Shown here piece by piece: positions 9,045 through 18,583 of a stretch of 64,000 nt of DNA. Positions within the stretch are counted from its first letter, which is position 1. Each line of letters starts with the position of its first letter. The translations under genes were made by a program, and so were the position numbers. The notes beneath the pieces are model-generated. The model worked only from the letters and a program-made list of their open reading frames with translations. It had not been told where the DNA came from and made no database searches. Source of the stretch: Dehalococcoidia bacterium (lineage in GTDB: Bacteria; Chloroflexota; Dehalococcoidia; Lucifugimonadales; UBA3495); contig JASLXV010000032.1 of NCBI GenBank assembly GCA_030740155.1, positions 1 through 64,000 on the forward strand, in the 5' to 3' direction.

Positions 9045-9672
9045 GGGACACCTCCAGACTGGAGAATTGGCCGGCGGGACATCTCCGAAAGGGTGAGGCT
9101 CTTGCCGGGCTCCCGCGATTCCACCGTGCTCGCCGGTGGCTGTGGCGAAGGGTGGCCTGGGACCCGGGGCCTGTTGCAGTTGAGAAGGGCGAGATTCGAT
9201 CTGCCCCTTTTTTCGAGGTATTGCTTCTTTTTAACTCCCGGCTGATTACCGTGAAACCCGGCCGGGAAAACTGGCCCTATTCTCAACGCGGGCAGTTTAA
9301 CAGTGACCGGCCATGGCGTCAATCGACCCGACGCCGACCTGGCTGAAAGGCCTTTCTTGATCCAATCAGGCGGCGGGATTAACGCTGATCTCTTGGAATC
9401 AACTCCTGAATCCGTAAAACAATCCTGCCTGTCGCAAGCCCGGCGCGCGGGAGGGTCCGGGTCAAACCGCGGCCACCCCGGATGGTGAGGCGGCGCGGCA
9501 GGCCGCCGGCGCTACTTTCCTAAAAGGATCCGGTCTTGACATGTGGGGACAGCGAGTCCAACATTGTCGGACGGGTTGTGGCATCCCGTCGGGCCGGGGC
9601 ACCCGTACCACCGGAGCCCGGCCTTGCCCGGATTTAGACGATCGATCCGGGGCGAGAAAGCTTGGGTAAGGA

Positions 9673-11907
9673 GTGATCCTTTTGCAAACGATCTATCAAA
9701 AACCACGAGGGCCGGAAGCCCCCGGCGAGCGCATCGTGACCAGCACCTGCCCTTATTCCTGCGGCGGGCGCTGCGTAGTCAACGCCCACGTCCGCGACGG
9801 GCGGATCGTCAAGATCAGCACCCAGCCGGGCCGCTGGAACCCGGAGCTTCCGCCCCTCTACGCCTGCGTTCGCGGCTTCGCGTCGGAGACCCACGTCAAT
9901 CATCCCGACCGGCTCAAGCACCCCCTGCGCCGCGTGGGCGAGCGCGGGTCGGGAAGGTTCGAGCGCATCTCGTGGGACGATGCCCTGGGCGAGGTTGCCA
10001 GCCAGATGCTTCGGATCCGTGACACCTACGGGCCGGCCTCCATCCTCGATTGCTCGCTTAGCGGTGGCGCGGGACTCCTCCACAGCGCCAGCGCCCTCCG
10101 GCGTTTGCTCAACATGTTCGGCGGGAGCACCGAACTGTGGGGCAACCTATCCCGCGAGGCCGAGGTCTTCGCGGCCCGCCACACCTTTGGCCAGTACGGC
10201 AATGCCCAGGGCAGGCTGGGGCGGCAGCGGGCCGATTACCGGAACTCGAAGCTGATGATTCTGTGGGGCTGGAGCCCCGGCGACGGCAGCTTCGGCACCG
10301 GAACGCTGGAGTACCTGAAATGGGCCAAGAAGCAGGGAGTCCGGATGATATGCGTTGACCCCCGCATGACCCACACCAGCGCCACGGTTGGTGACGAGCA
10401 CATCTTCATCAAGCCGTCCACCGATTCCGCCATGCTCATTGCCATGGCCTACGTCATCTTGACCGCGGAACTTCAGGACCAGGGGTTTCTCGACCGTTAT
10501 GTCCAGGGCTTTGACGAGGAGCACCTTCCGCCGGACGCCCCTCCCGGCTCCTCCTTCCGGTCCTACGTGCTGGGCCTCTCCGACGGCGTACCCAAGACGC
10601 CCCAATGGGCCGAGGCCATCACCGGGGTCCCCGCGGCGAGGATCGCCGATCTCGCCCAGGATTTCGCCACGAACCGGCCGGCGGCACTGCAATGCGGCTA
10701 CGGGCCCGGCCGCACCGCCTTCGGTGAGCAGTTCCATCGGGCGGCCTTCGCCCTGGCGGCCATGACCGGAAACATCGGCATCCCCGGCAGCAACGCGGGG
10801 CTTAGCGGCGGCTCCAAGGGCGCCGGCCTTTCCGGGCTACCCGCGGGCAAGAACCCCATTGGCCCGCCCGTCGCCGCCGCGGAGCTGGCCGACCTGCTGA
10901 ACCAGGGCCGCGCCGGGGGCTACCCGGCCGACGTCAAGATGGTCTACTCAGCGTTCCGTCACCTGCTCAACCAGCTCGGCAACACCGGCAAGATCGGCGA
11001 GGCGCTCAAGAGCAAGGACATCGAGTTCATCGTCATTCACGATCATTTCATGACGCCGATGGCCCGGTACGCCGACATCCTCCTGCCGCCGACGACCTTC
11101 TGGGAGCGCAACGACATCTGCACGTCGTGGGGCGAGATAGCGCCCTACGCTATCTTCATGAACCAGGCCATCGAGCCGATGGGAGAGTGCCGCGACGACC
11201 TGGATATCTTCACCGATCTGGCGGCAAGGCTGGGCCTCTCCGGGTTCAACGACAAGGCCTCCGACATCGATTGGCTGCGCGAGTTCTGCGAGGGCACCGA
11301 GATCGATGACTTCGAGGCGTTCCGCGAGAACGGCGTGGCCCGCTTGCCGGAGCCTGCCGACCCCGTCTCCTTCGCCGCCCAGATCCGGGATCCGGAGAAC
11401 CATCGGTTCTCCACACCCTCGGGCAAGATCGAGGTCTACTCCACGACCCTGGCGGGCCAGCCGGACGTCTACGGTCTCGGCGCTGTCCCCCCGATCCCGA
11501 CCTATATCCCGGTCGATGAACCCGACACGATCCACTCGCTACAGCTTATTTCAGCCAAGTCCAAAGCCCGGGCCCACTCCATCCTCGCCAACCAGCCGGG
11601 ACTTGCCAAAGTCGATCCGCAGAATGTGTGGATGCATCCGGAGGACGCCACGGCGCGGGGTATTCTCGATGGCCAACTGGTGCGGGTGTTCAACCAACGC
11701 GGGGCCACCGTGCTCCCGGTGAAGGTCACCGGCCGCGTCGTCCTCGGCGCCGTCTCCATATTGGAAGGGGCCTGGTACACTCCAGATGAGACGGGCACCG
11801 ATCAGGCGGGCTGCGGGAATGTCCTTACCCTTGACCGCTCCTCCCCATCGGGCTCTCAGACCTACAACACCTGCCTGGTTGAGGTGGAGCCCGTCACGCC
11901 GGTTTGA
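9673..11907 (+). CDS. Molybdopterin oxidoreductase, DmsA/YnfE-like, without Tat signal
   Basis: TCPYSCGGRC...YACVRG, 'HPDRLKHPLRRVGERGSGRFERISWDDAL', candidate Ser ligand 'WGNLSREAE', 'TPSGKIEVYS', 'YNTCLVEV'. Start may be TTG 9682. Confidence 0.9.
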   Translation: MILLQTIYQKPRGPEAPGERIVTSTCPYSCGGRCVVNAHVRDGRIVKISTQPGRWNPELPPLYACVRGFASETHVNHPDRLKHPLRRVGERGSGRFERISWDDALGEVASQMLRIRDTYGPASILDCSLSGGAGLLHSASALRRLLNMFGGSTELWGNLSREAEVFAARHTFGQYGNAQGRLGRQRADYRNSKLMILWGWSPGDGSFGTGTLEYLKWAKKQGVRMICVDPRMTHTSATVGDEHIFIKPSTDSAMLIAMAYVILTAELQDQGFLDRYVQGFDEEHLPPDAPPGSSFRSYVLGLSDGVPKTPQWAEAITGVPAARIADLAQDFATNRPAALQCGYGPGRTAFGEQFHRAAFALAAMTGNIGIPGSNAGLSGGSKGAGLSGLPAGKNPIGPPVAAAELADLLNQGRAGGYPADVKMVYSAFRHLLNQLGNTGKIGEALKSKDIEFIVIHDHFMTPMARYADILLPPTTFWERNDICTSWGEIAPYAIFMNQAIEPMGECRDDLDIFTDLAARLGLSGFNDKASDIDWLREFCEGTEIDDFEAFRENGVARLPEPADPVSFAAQIRDPENHRFSTPSGKIEVYSTTLAGQPDVYGLGAVPPIPTYIPVDEPDTIHSLQLISAKSKARAHSILANQPGLAKVDPQNVWMHPEDATARGILDGQLVRVFNQRGATVLPVKVTGRVVLGAVSILEGAWYTPDETGTDQAGCGNVLTLDRSSPSGSQTYNTCLVEVEPVTPV

Positions 11908-11955
11908 TGCGGGCGGCATTATGCGGGAAATCCCGGCCGATACTGGAGGTTCAGC

Positions 11956-13152
11956 GTGGCAGACCGGCGTGAGATAGAGGGCGAAATCATCATGGGCTGG
12001 GCCGACCGGAAGAGACCCAGCCTCGATGTGAGGAAGGATGCTCAGGGTAGGGTGGTCAGGGTGGCAACGTCGGTCGGAGACCTGCAGGGCCTCATCACGC
12101 CGACCGACCTGCGCTACGTTGTCGTGCAGCTGGACGCCCCCGACCCGGTCCACCCCGACGACTGGTCCCTGTCCATCGGTGGTGAAGTGGAGCGGCCCAT
12201 CGAGTTGAGTCTTGAAGAGCTTCAGAGGTTCCCGGGGGCCACAGTCCGCTGTGTCCATGAATGCTCGGGCAGCGAAGCCGACTTCTTCGACTACCTGAAG
12301 AGCGGCGGAGAGACCTACGGCTGCAACCGGTGCGAGCATGTGGAGGGAAAACCCAACAGGCTGGACCCGGAAGCGCAGCACCAAGGTATCATGAGTGCCG
12401 GCGAGTGGACCGGCGTACCGCTGGCGACGGTGTTGGAGAAGGCGGGGATCAAGCCCGGCGCGGTGAGCGTGCTCGCCCAGGGTTTCGACCGGGGGCTGCC
12501 CGCCGAGTGGGCCATGCACGGGGCCCTGGCGATTCCGGATGAAGAGATCAGCTACGAGAAAAGCCTGCCGTTGAAGAAGGCCCTGGACCGGGACACGATG
12601 CTGGCCTGGGCGCTGAACGGGGAGTACATCAGGCACATCCACGGCGGCCCGGTGCGCCTCGTCACTCCCGGCTGGTCGGGTAACTGGTCGGTCAAGTGGT
12701 TGCAGAAGCTTGAAGTCCTTGACCACCTGCCCAAGTTGTACTATCAGAACCAGTACTTCTACTTGGGCCAAACGCCTGATGACCCCGACAAAAAGATGAT
12801 AACCGCCATGGGGGTGAAGACGTTCATCACCGAGCCCAGGGACGACGACCCGCCGCTCCCTCGCGGCGCCCATGTCATTCGTGGGCTGGCCTGGAGCGGG
12901 GCGGGCCGGATCACCAGGGTGGAGGTGAGCGTGGACGGAGGGGAGACCTGGCAGGACGCCCACCGGGAACTGCCCCACGAGCGGTGGCTATGGCAGCGCT
13001 GGTCCCACCTCTGGCACGCGGAGAGCCCGGGCAAGTATTCCATCATGGCACGGGCCACCGACGAGGCTGGGCGGGTTCAGCCGCAGATAGGGTGGAACGT
13101 GCTGCGCAAGAACTTCGACGGCATAGTGCCGGTGGACGTGGAGATCGAGTAG
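11956..13152 (+). CDS. Sulfite oxidase family molybdoprotein (SoxC/SorA-like)
   Basis: Mo-ligand 'HECSG', 'WTGVPLATVL', 'HGGPVRLVTPGWSGNWSVKWL', C-terminal dimerisation domain 'GLAWSG..RVEVSVDGGETW..ARATD'. Confidence 0.9.
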   Translation: MADRREIEGEIIMGWADRKRPSLDVRKDAQGRVVRVATSVGDLQGLITPTDLRYVVVQLDAPDPVHPDDWSLSIGGEVERPIELSLEELQRFPGATVRCVHECSGSEADFFDYLKSGGETYGCNRCEHVEGKPNRLDPEAQHQGIMSAGEWTGVPLATVLEKAGIKPGAVSVLAQGFDRGLPAEWAMHGALAIPDEEISYEKSLPLKKALDRDTMLAWALNGEYIRHIHGGPVRLVTPGWSGNWSVKWLQKLEVLDHLPKLYYQNQYFYLGQTPDDPDKKMITAMGVKTFITEPRDDDPPLPRGAHVIRGLAWSGAGRITRVEVSVDGGETWQDAHRELPHERWLWQRWSHLWHAESPGKYSIMARATDEAGRVQPQIGWNVLRKNFDGIVPVDVEIE

Positions 13153-13339
13153 CGGGCGGGCGAGTGATGCAAACGCAGCCGGTTAGCTAACTCGAGGTGC
13201 CGGCGTTTTTATGTGTCACCCCGAGCCCAAGCCGGCGCCTCGGCTTCATGACCTGAGATTCCTCAGTTGTCTGCGGCAGTTTCGGAATGACAAAGCGGAT
13301 TGGCCTGGGGAAAAATTGCACACCGGACAGCTGCTAAGG

Positions 13340-13476
13340 AACTATCTCAAAAGGTGGTTCGACAGGCTCACCACGAACAGGGCAGGAGCGACGAACGGGG
13401 TAGGAGCGCCCTATCCGTTCGTCCTGAGCCTGTCGAAGGATCGCTGGAGCCAGCACTCAACGTTTTGGAGATTGCT
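13340..13476 (-). mobile_element. MITE/REP-like element family A, copy 2
   Basis: AACTATCTCAAAA ... TTTTGGAGATTGCT ends; same internal palindromic core as 5845-5962 in opposite orientation. Confidence 0.65.
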
Positions 13477-14323
13477 ACTTAGAGGTGCGCCCCGGGGGTG
13501 GGGGACCGCCGGGACCGCCGGCCGCGTGAATGGTTATCTGAGTTTCTGCCGGGTCCTCGGGAAGGCCTTTCAGGTTGGACAGGAGCCCGCGCACGATGTC
13601 CGCCAGGATTCCGCTGGGAAATGGGGCGAGTGGGACCGGCGTCCGGTCCGCGACTATGGAGACGGCGGCGCCGGCGCCCCCCTTTATAGTTATCTGAACT
13701 TCCTCGGGGTCCCGGGGAAGGCCCTTCAGGGTGGCCAGGAAGCCGCCCACGATTCCCGACATGATCGCGCTGATGAAAGGGATGAGCGGCACCGGGTTGC
13801 CGTCCACGGAGAGGGAGACTGCCGGAGCCGGGGGGCCAGCCTCGAAGACCTGGGCGATTAGCTGGGATACCAGCTTGTCCGCCTCTTCAAAACCGTAGGC
13901 CGGCACCTCCCCGTTGGGTTCACTTTCCTGACTGTCTCCCACCGTGGCTATGACGTTCTCAACGGGAGGCGGCGGCCCGCCGCGCACCACCAGCACCTTG
14001 GGGACGGCGCTATTCTTGAACCCTTCGGCCACCACCAGGTCCACTCCCGAGCCAAGGGTGGAGATAATCGATTCCAACGGCGTGTCCCCGCCGGTCCGGT
14101 CGACCCTGGTGCGCTGGTCCGGTGAGGAGGCGATGACCGTGCTGGCCCCCGCCTCGAACATCCGGTGGGTGTCGCTCTGGGCGCGGTTGATGTCGTGGCC
14201 GTGGGGGCAGTGCTTGATGGCCGCCACCCGGTATCCCTGGGCCGCCAGCGCCGCGATCAATGACTCCGCCACCGTGGTCTTCCCGCTGTTTGAGTTGCCG
14301 ACCACCGCGACTACTGGAGGCAT
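13475..14323 (-). CDS. mobB: Molybdopterin-guanine dinucleotide biosynthesis protein B with duplicated C-terminal domain
   Basis: Start ATG 14323: MPPVVAVVGNSNSGKTT, 'AAIKHCPHG', 'DLVVAEGFK'. Confidence 0.88.
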   Translation of the reverse strand: MPPVVAVVGNSNSGKTTVAESLIAALAAQGYRVAAIKHCPHGHDINRAQSDTHRMFEAGASTVIASSPDQRTRVDRTGGDTPLESIISTLGSGVDLVVAEGFKNSAVPKVLVVRGGPPPPVENVIATVGDSQESEPNGEVPAYGFEEADKLVSQLIAQVFEAGPPAPAVSLSVDGNPVPLIPFISAIMSGIVGGFLATLKGLPRDPEEVQITIKGGAGAAVSIVADRTPVPLAPFPSGILADIVRGLLSNLKGLPEDPAETQITIHAAGGPGGPPPPGRTSK

Positions 14324-14325
14324 GG

Positions 14326-14928
14326 TCAGCCTTCCCTCGACCCGAGCGCGGTCCCCAGTGGCTGGTAGTAGGCCCCGTGGGCGCAGGGCTTGCACAGGGT
14401 TTGCCCCTCTTGCCGCACCTCCCGGCCGTCGTTGATGCCCTCGCCGCAACGGTCGCAGGCCACGCGGCTCACCGGATGGCCCGGAAGGTCGGTGCCGGGG
14501 ACATCCACCCGGACCGGTTCCAGAATGAAAAGTGCCTCTTCCGGCATCACCTTGTAGGCGTAGTCTTGGGCCGCCTTCTTGTCCATGCCGGCCGGGGCGT
14601 AGGCCGCCACGGCGTCGCGGGAGTCGTCCCGGGCCAGCACCCGGACGGCGTTGCCCGTGTCCTGGTTCAGGAAAGTGGCCGCCACCTTGCCATAGTCGAG
14701 GAATTTCAAGGTTCGCTTGCCCAGCTTGCACCCGGTGACGGCCTGGATGGCGTCGGTGGCGCAACGGTCTATCTCCACGTACACGAGGAGCGACTTGGAA
14801 CTGACCGGCTCGTCGATGCCAACCTCCCGGCAGCCAATCATGGCCAGCCGCACCCCCAGGATCTGTCCGGGGCACAGGTGCCCGTGAAGCGCGGCCGATT
14901 CTTCTAGCAGTTCATCGAAGGGGCGCAA
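14326..14928 (-). CDS. FmdE/FwdE-like protein with C-terminal zinc finger
   Basis: TTG start after AGGAG; 'HGHLCPGQILG', 'EIDRCATDAIQAVTGCKLGKR', C-terminal CDRCGE...CKPC. Confidence 0.88.
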   Translation of the reverse strand: MRPFDELLEESAALHGHLCPGQILGVRLAMIGCREVGIDEPVSSKSLLVYVEIDRCATDAIQAVTGCKLGKRTLKFLDYGKVAATFLNQDTGNAVRVLARDDSRDAVAAYAPAGMDKKAAQDYAYKVMPEEALFILEPVRVDVPGTDLPGHPVSRVACDRCGEGINDGREVRQEGQTLCKPCAHGAYYQPLGTALGSREG

Positions 14929-15010
14929 CGGGTCTCTCCTCTTTCGTGCTTGGGGATGGTGCGAAGTGAGGCCTGGGCCTTCGATTCGGGGTAGCCCGGC
15001 TTCTTCGACG

Positions 15011-15019
15011 ATTATATCA
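15011..15019 (-). promoter_or_regulatory. Extended -10 promoter element (TGaTATAAT) for fmdE-like/mobB
   Basis: Perfect TGnTATAAT on minus strand about 80 bp upstream of the TTG start. Confidence 0.55.
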
Positions 15020-15108
15020 TGGCGGTCCGCTCGGAGCCGCCGCGCTGGGGACGTGGCGGCCACCGGCCTGCCGTGAGTACTTCCTTCGGATGATCAGCGT
15101 TTCCGATA

Positions 15109-15385
15109 CCGTTCGTGGTGAGCTTGTCGAACCACCGGCCCCGGCGCCCTTCGACTGGCTCAGGGTGAACGGAATTTCCCCGTTCGTGGTGAGCTTGTCG
15201 AACCACCGCCCTCCGCACCTTTCGACTGGCTCAGGGTGAACGGAATTTCCCCGTTCGTGGTGAGCTTGTTGAACCACAGGCCCCGGCACCTTTCGACTGG
15301 CTCAGGGTGAACGGAATTTCCCCGTTCGTGGTGAGCTTGTCGAACCACCGCCCTCCCCGCCCTTCCACAAGCTCTGGGCGAGCGG
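15109..15385. repeat. Tandem array of ~4 x 71-bp palindromic REP-like units
   Basis: Units start at 15109, 15180, 15251, 15322; each is CCGTTCGTGGTGAGCTTGTCGAACCA-(~15 variable)-TTCGACTGGCTCAGGGTGAACGGAATTTC; last unit degenerate. Confidence 0.9.
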
Positions 15386-15416
15386 ATAATCCAACGGCTG
15401 CTACCGATAATTGGTA

Positions 15417-17327
15417 CTAGCTAACGTCCCCCAGGAACTCTTCCATTCCCAGCCGCTTGAGGGTCTCGGGTGTGGGCAGCCCCGTGTCCACGTTCCAGCC
15501 CAGCAGGCGATAGTACTCGTCGACCATTGCGGGCAGGTAGGGTTCGATGCTCAGCCCCTTGGACGGTCCGGCGGGAGGCGGTTCCAGGTGTTTGGGTGAA
15601 ATGTCGAACTCGTCCGACTTTAGAAATCCCCTCCTGGCATACACCAAGCGCATCAGGTTGGTGATCCGCTCGCCGACGTCGAGGGCCTCTTGCGCGCTGA
15701 AATCCTCCCAGCCGACGGCCTGGGCGAGGCACTTGCTGGTGAGGTTCGTGGACTCTTTGACGCCGCGGACTCCGAACATGCACACGCCCAGGCTGTCGTT
15801 CCACAGCTTGGCGAACTGGGTCTTGCGGACGGGTTCGACCTTGCCCAGCGCCTCCTCGGTGTCGTGGGCCACCCCCGGGGTCTTCTCAGGGTACCCCACT
15901 TCGGGGCGGGGGTTGGCGTCGGCGCCGGTCCCCTGGATAGACGGCCCGGTGCCGGCCACTATCTCGCCGAAGAAGACGCTCCAGAACTGCCGGTGGTCGT
16001 GCATCACCACCCCTTCGCCCTTTATGTCCAGCACCTTGGCGCGCATCTCCTCCTCCAGCCCCTTCTCGCCGCCCAGGGCATCGGGCATGGCCTTCGTGCC
16101 GCCGGCGAGCTTGGCCCCGATGCCCTCCCTCCGGATGGTCCGGTCGATCAGTTCCATGGCCGATTCCCAGTTGCCCCAGGTCAAATCCAGGCCGTCGGTG
16201 TCTTCCAGGGTGAGGATGCCTTCATTGTATGCTTCGTATACCGCGCCCAGGATGGTGCCGAACTGGCCCGACTCCAGCCCCATGGCATCGTAATAGTCGG
16301 TCATGATCACGATGCCGTTGGGGTCGTCGACACCGATGATGGCGGCGGCCCCCTCCATGTTCTCGGCGCCTCCGCAGGGGCTCCCCACGAATCCGGTGTA
16401 GGGCCCGTCGGTTATCTCCACGTCGTAGGCGCAGGAAATCTTGCAGTTGTAGGATGGCTGTGGGGTGATCTTCCAGCGAGCACAGGCGTCGACATACTTT
16501 TGGGCGAACTCCGAGCCCCATTCGGGGTCGGTCATGTTCTTGGCCGCGACCCTCAGGGCCTTGCCCCATGGGTCGCCATAGCTGCGGGTCATGCCCCCGT
16601 CCTGAAGCCAGGGCGCCGAGAGGGCGAGGTTCTCCTCCCATTTGGCCGAGGTTTCCACCAAACCGGCCGGGTCGAACAGGGGTACGGCGCCGGTACCCCG
16701 CACGGCGATGGCCTTGAGGTTCTTGCTCCCCATCACCGCCCCCGGACTCCCCTTCCCGGAGCCGTGGTTCCGGTCCGCCTTTACCATGGCCCCGGGGAGC
16801 TGGGCCTCTCCGGCAGGGCCGATGCAAGCGACGCTGATGTTCTCCTCGTCCCCCAGCTCTAGTTTGAGGCGGCGCTCGGTCTCCCTGGTGCTCAGGCCCC
16901 ACAGGTGGGTGGCGTCCCTGATCTCCACCCGGTCATCGTCGATCCAGAGGTAGGAGGGTTTCTCGGCCCGGCCGGTGAGGATGATGCCTTCATGCCCGGC
17001 GTGCTTTAGGAATGCCCCCCAGAAGCCGTGGCCGTGGCCTACGCCGGCGGAGTAGGGGATAGACAGGTTGAAACAGATGGTGGTCCAATCCGATGAGTTG
17101 ACGGCGGGGGTCCCCGTCAACGGCCCCAGCATGATGATGAGGGGAGCATCCGGGTCGGTGGCCTCGGCCTGCTGGGGAGCGTCGCGCAGCAGATAGTACA
17201 GACCCAGTCCGGTGCCGCCCACATACTTACGGAGGACCTCCTCGCTGGGGAGGGGTTCCTTGACGACGGTCTCCTCCCGGAGATCGATGCGCAGGATGTG
17301 AGGCCGGTACCCTCCACGAATGGGCAT
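15417..17327 (-). CDS. Aldehyde:ferredoxin oxidoreductase (AOR) family W/Mo enzyme, paralog 2
   Basis: 636 aa; 'ILRIDL', 'GAFLKHAG', 'VACIGPAGE', 'GAVMGSKNLKAIAVRG', 'NDSLGVC', 'TGLPTPETLKRLG'; colinear with 310..2211. Confidence 0.9.
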   Translation of the reverse strand: MPIRGGYRPHILRIDLREETVVKEPLPSEEVLRKYVGGTGLGLYYLLRDAPQQAEATDPDAPLIIMLGPLTGTPAVNSSDWTTICFNLSIPYSAGVGHGHGFWGAFLKHAGHEGIILTGRAEKPSYLWIDDDRVEIRDATHLWGLSTRETERRLKLELGDEENISVACIGPAGEAQLPGAMVKADRNHGSGKGSPGAVMGSKNLKAIAVRGTGAVPLFDPAGLVETSAKWEENLALSAPWLQDGGMTRSYGDPWGKALRVAAKNMTDPEWGSEFAQKYVDACARWKITPQPSYNCKISCAYDVEITDGPYTGFVGSPCGGAENMEGAAAIIGVDDPNGIVIMTDYYDAMGLESGQFGTILGAVYEAYNEGILTLEDTDGLDLTWGNWESAMELIDRTIRREGIGAKLAGGTKAMPDALGGEKGLEEEMRAKVLDIKGEGVVMHDHRQFWSVFFGEIVAGTGPSIQGTGADANPRPEVGYPEKTPGVAHDTEEALGKVEPVRKTQFAKLWNDSLGVCMFGVRGVKESTNLTSKCLAQAVGWEDFSAQEALDVGERITNLMRLVYARRGFLKSDEFDISPKHLEPPPAGPSKGLSIEPYLPAMVDEYYRLLGWNVDTGLPTPETLKRLGMEEFLGDVS

Positions 17328-17414
17328 GATGTTCCTCCAAAGGTCTCCCCTCGGCCGGTTATGACAGGGGGATGGTAGCGTTGGAGAGGAGGGTTTGTCT
17401 ACCGGTGGAGTAGC

Positions 17415-17450
17415 TGGGGGAGCTTCTTTTACGTAAAAGAAGCTCCCCCA
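17415..17450. repeat. Perfect 36-bp palindrome
   Basis: TGGGGGAGCTTCTTTTACGTAAAAGAAGCTCCCCCA; a similar-style hairpin lies at 33873-33908. Confidence 0.75.
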
Positions 17451-17587
17451 GGCCCCCTCAAGAAAACGTGGCTCACACAGCCGTTCATCTTGGGACGACC
17501 GCGGGTCCCGTCTATCTGAGGGTCAACGAACAAAATTCTCGAGTCCGGATGTATCCAACGGGCGCTGCCGCCGAACACCTGGCCGGG

Positions 17588-18583
17588 CTATTCCGGGAGC
17601 AATCGGAGCCCTTTCAGAAGACCTCTTATACTCTCACGTTCTTCTGGGGTCGCATCTAGATCCGGCGGCCTCACCCGTGCGCTGGTGAATGTGCCCATCG
17701 CCACGAGAGCCTCTTTTATGAGGGCCGTGGTCCCGCCAGTCCGGCCGGTATGGGCGGCTCGTAAGGGCGCCCCATAGATGTGATTTGCGATGGGGGCCAG
17801 CTTTTCCATATAGAGGTTTCTTGCTTCGGTGTACTTTCCGTCGAGGGAAAGGGATATGAAACGGCTCCAGTTGTGCCGGCCGATCGCCATGATTCCGGCC
17901 TGAGCACCGTCAGAACCGATCATCATTTGCCCAAGCATATCCACGGTATCTACACCGGTGACAAATACTGAGAGTTTGCCTTTGAGGCTATTCCACAATT
18001 GATAGTAGTCGGCACAGGTGTAACAACTGGCCTTCATCGCGACGACTTGGTCGATATCCTCAGCTATTCTAACCAGGGTTTCAGTTGAGTATGCTGACCC
18101 GGTCTCTCCCGCGTATTTGAAAATGGCCATGGGCATATCGACTTCTCGGGCCAGGTCCTTGAAGAACTGATATGGCACGTCGGCCATACCCATCAGCCTT
18201 CGGAACGGCCGGACGTCGAAGGGCGGCATCACCTCGAGGATATCGGCGCCTGCTTCCCGAGCTTCTCGCGCGCTTTGAACCACCTCTTTCAATCTGTGCC
18301 CGATCACGCCGGAGATGATGGGGATTGATGCCGGTATTGTTTGTCTGGCGAGGGTGATGAGTCTCTGGCGCTCTTCCGGCTCCAACGTATAGACTTGCCC
18401 AACCAAAGCATTTACGTAGACTCCGCACAACTGCTCCGCCTTGCTGATTTCCTTCAGGTGATTCACGTATTCCTGCTCATTTATGTCCAGGCTCGCGTCA
18501 TGGGGAACGAGTGCGCTGGCGATATATCCACTCATATTGGGGTCCTTCATTTCGAGACCCTCCTTAAATTCGACGTTTCCCAT
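17588..18583 (-). CDS. Dihydrodipicolinate synthase / N-acetylneuraminate lyase family class I aldolase (not canonical DapA)
   Basis: 'ALVPHD..LDIN', 'IPIISGV', 'AREAGADILEVMPP', Schiff-base Lys in 'VVAMKAS', 'VRPP'; visibly lower GC than flanks. Confidence 0.8.
   Translation of the reverse strand: MGNVEFKEGLEMKDPNMSGYIASALVPHDASLDINEQEYVNHLKEISKAEQLCGVYVNALVGQVYTLEPEERQRLITLARQTIPASIPIISGVIGHRLKEVVQSAREAREAGADILEVMPPFDVRPFRRLMGMADVPYQFFKDLAREVDMPMAIFKYAGETGSAYSTETLVRIAEDIDQVVAMKASCYTCADYYQLWNSLKGKLSVFVTGVDTVDMLGQMMIGSDGAQAGIMAIGRHNWSRFISLSLDGKYTEARNLYMEKLAPIANHIYGAPLRAAHTGRTGGTTALIKEALVAMGTFTSARVRPPDLDATPEERESIRGLLKGLRLLPE

Noticed and set aside
6297..9245. 982-aa ORF antisense to the molybdoenzyme, and similar long antisense ORFs (e.g. 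11551-12978, 33927-35273, 58017-59453)
   Set aside because: Shadow ORFs expected from high-GC codon bias; no recognisable motifs and fully overlapping well-supported genes.
9356..9370. FNR-like box TTGAT...ATCA between the two molybdoenzyme operons
   Set aside because: Spacer is 3 nt rather than 4 and the right half-site is imperfect.
12319..12339. Possible c-type heme motif in the sulfite-oxidase-like protein
   Set aside because: Sequence is CNRCEH, not CxxCH, and the protein has no export signal.
14324..14875. Long N-terminal extension of MobB (466-aa ORF)
   Set aside because: Extension overlaps the FmdE-like gene in another frame; true start is ATG 14323.
15012..15348. Short repeat-peptide ORFs in three frames
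   Set aside because: They are translations of the 71-bp repeat (period not divisible by 3) with no RBS.
15109..15385. Possible CRISPR array
   Set aside because: Variable parts are only ~15 nt and similar to each other, the constant part is ~56 bp and matches a dispersed repeat, and no cas genes are present.
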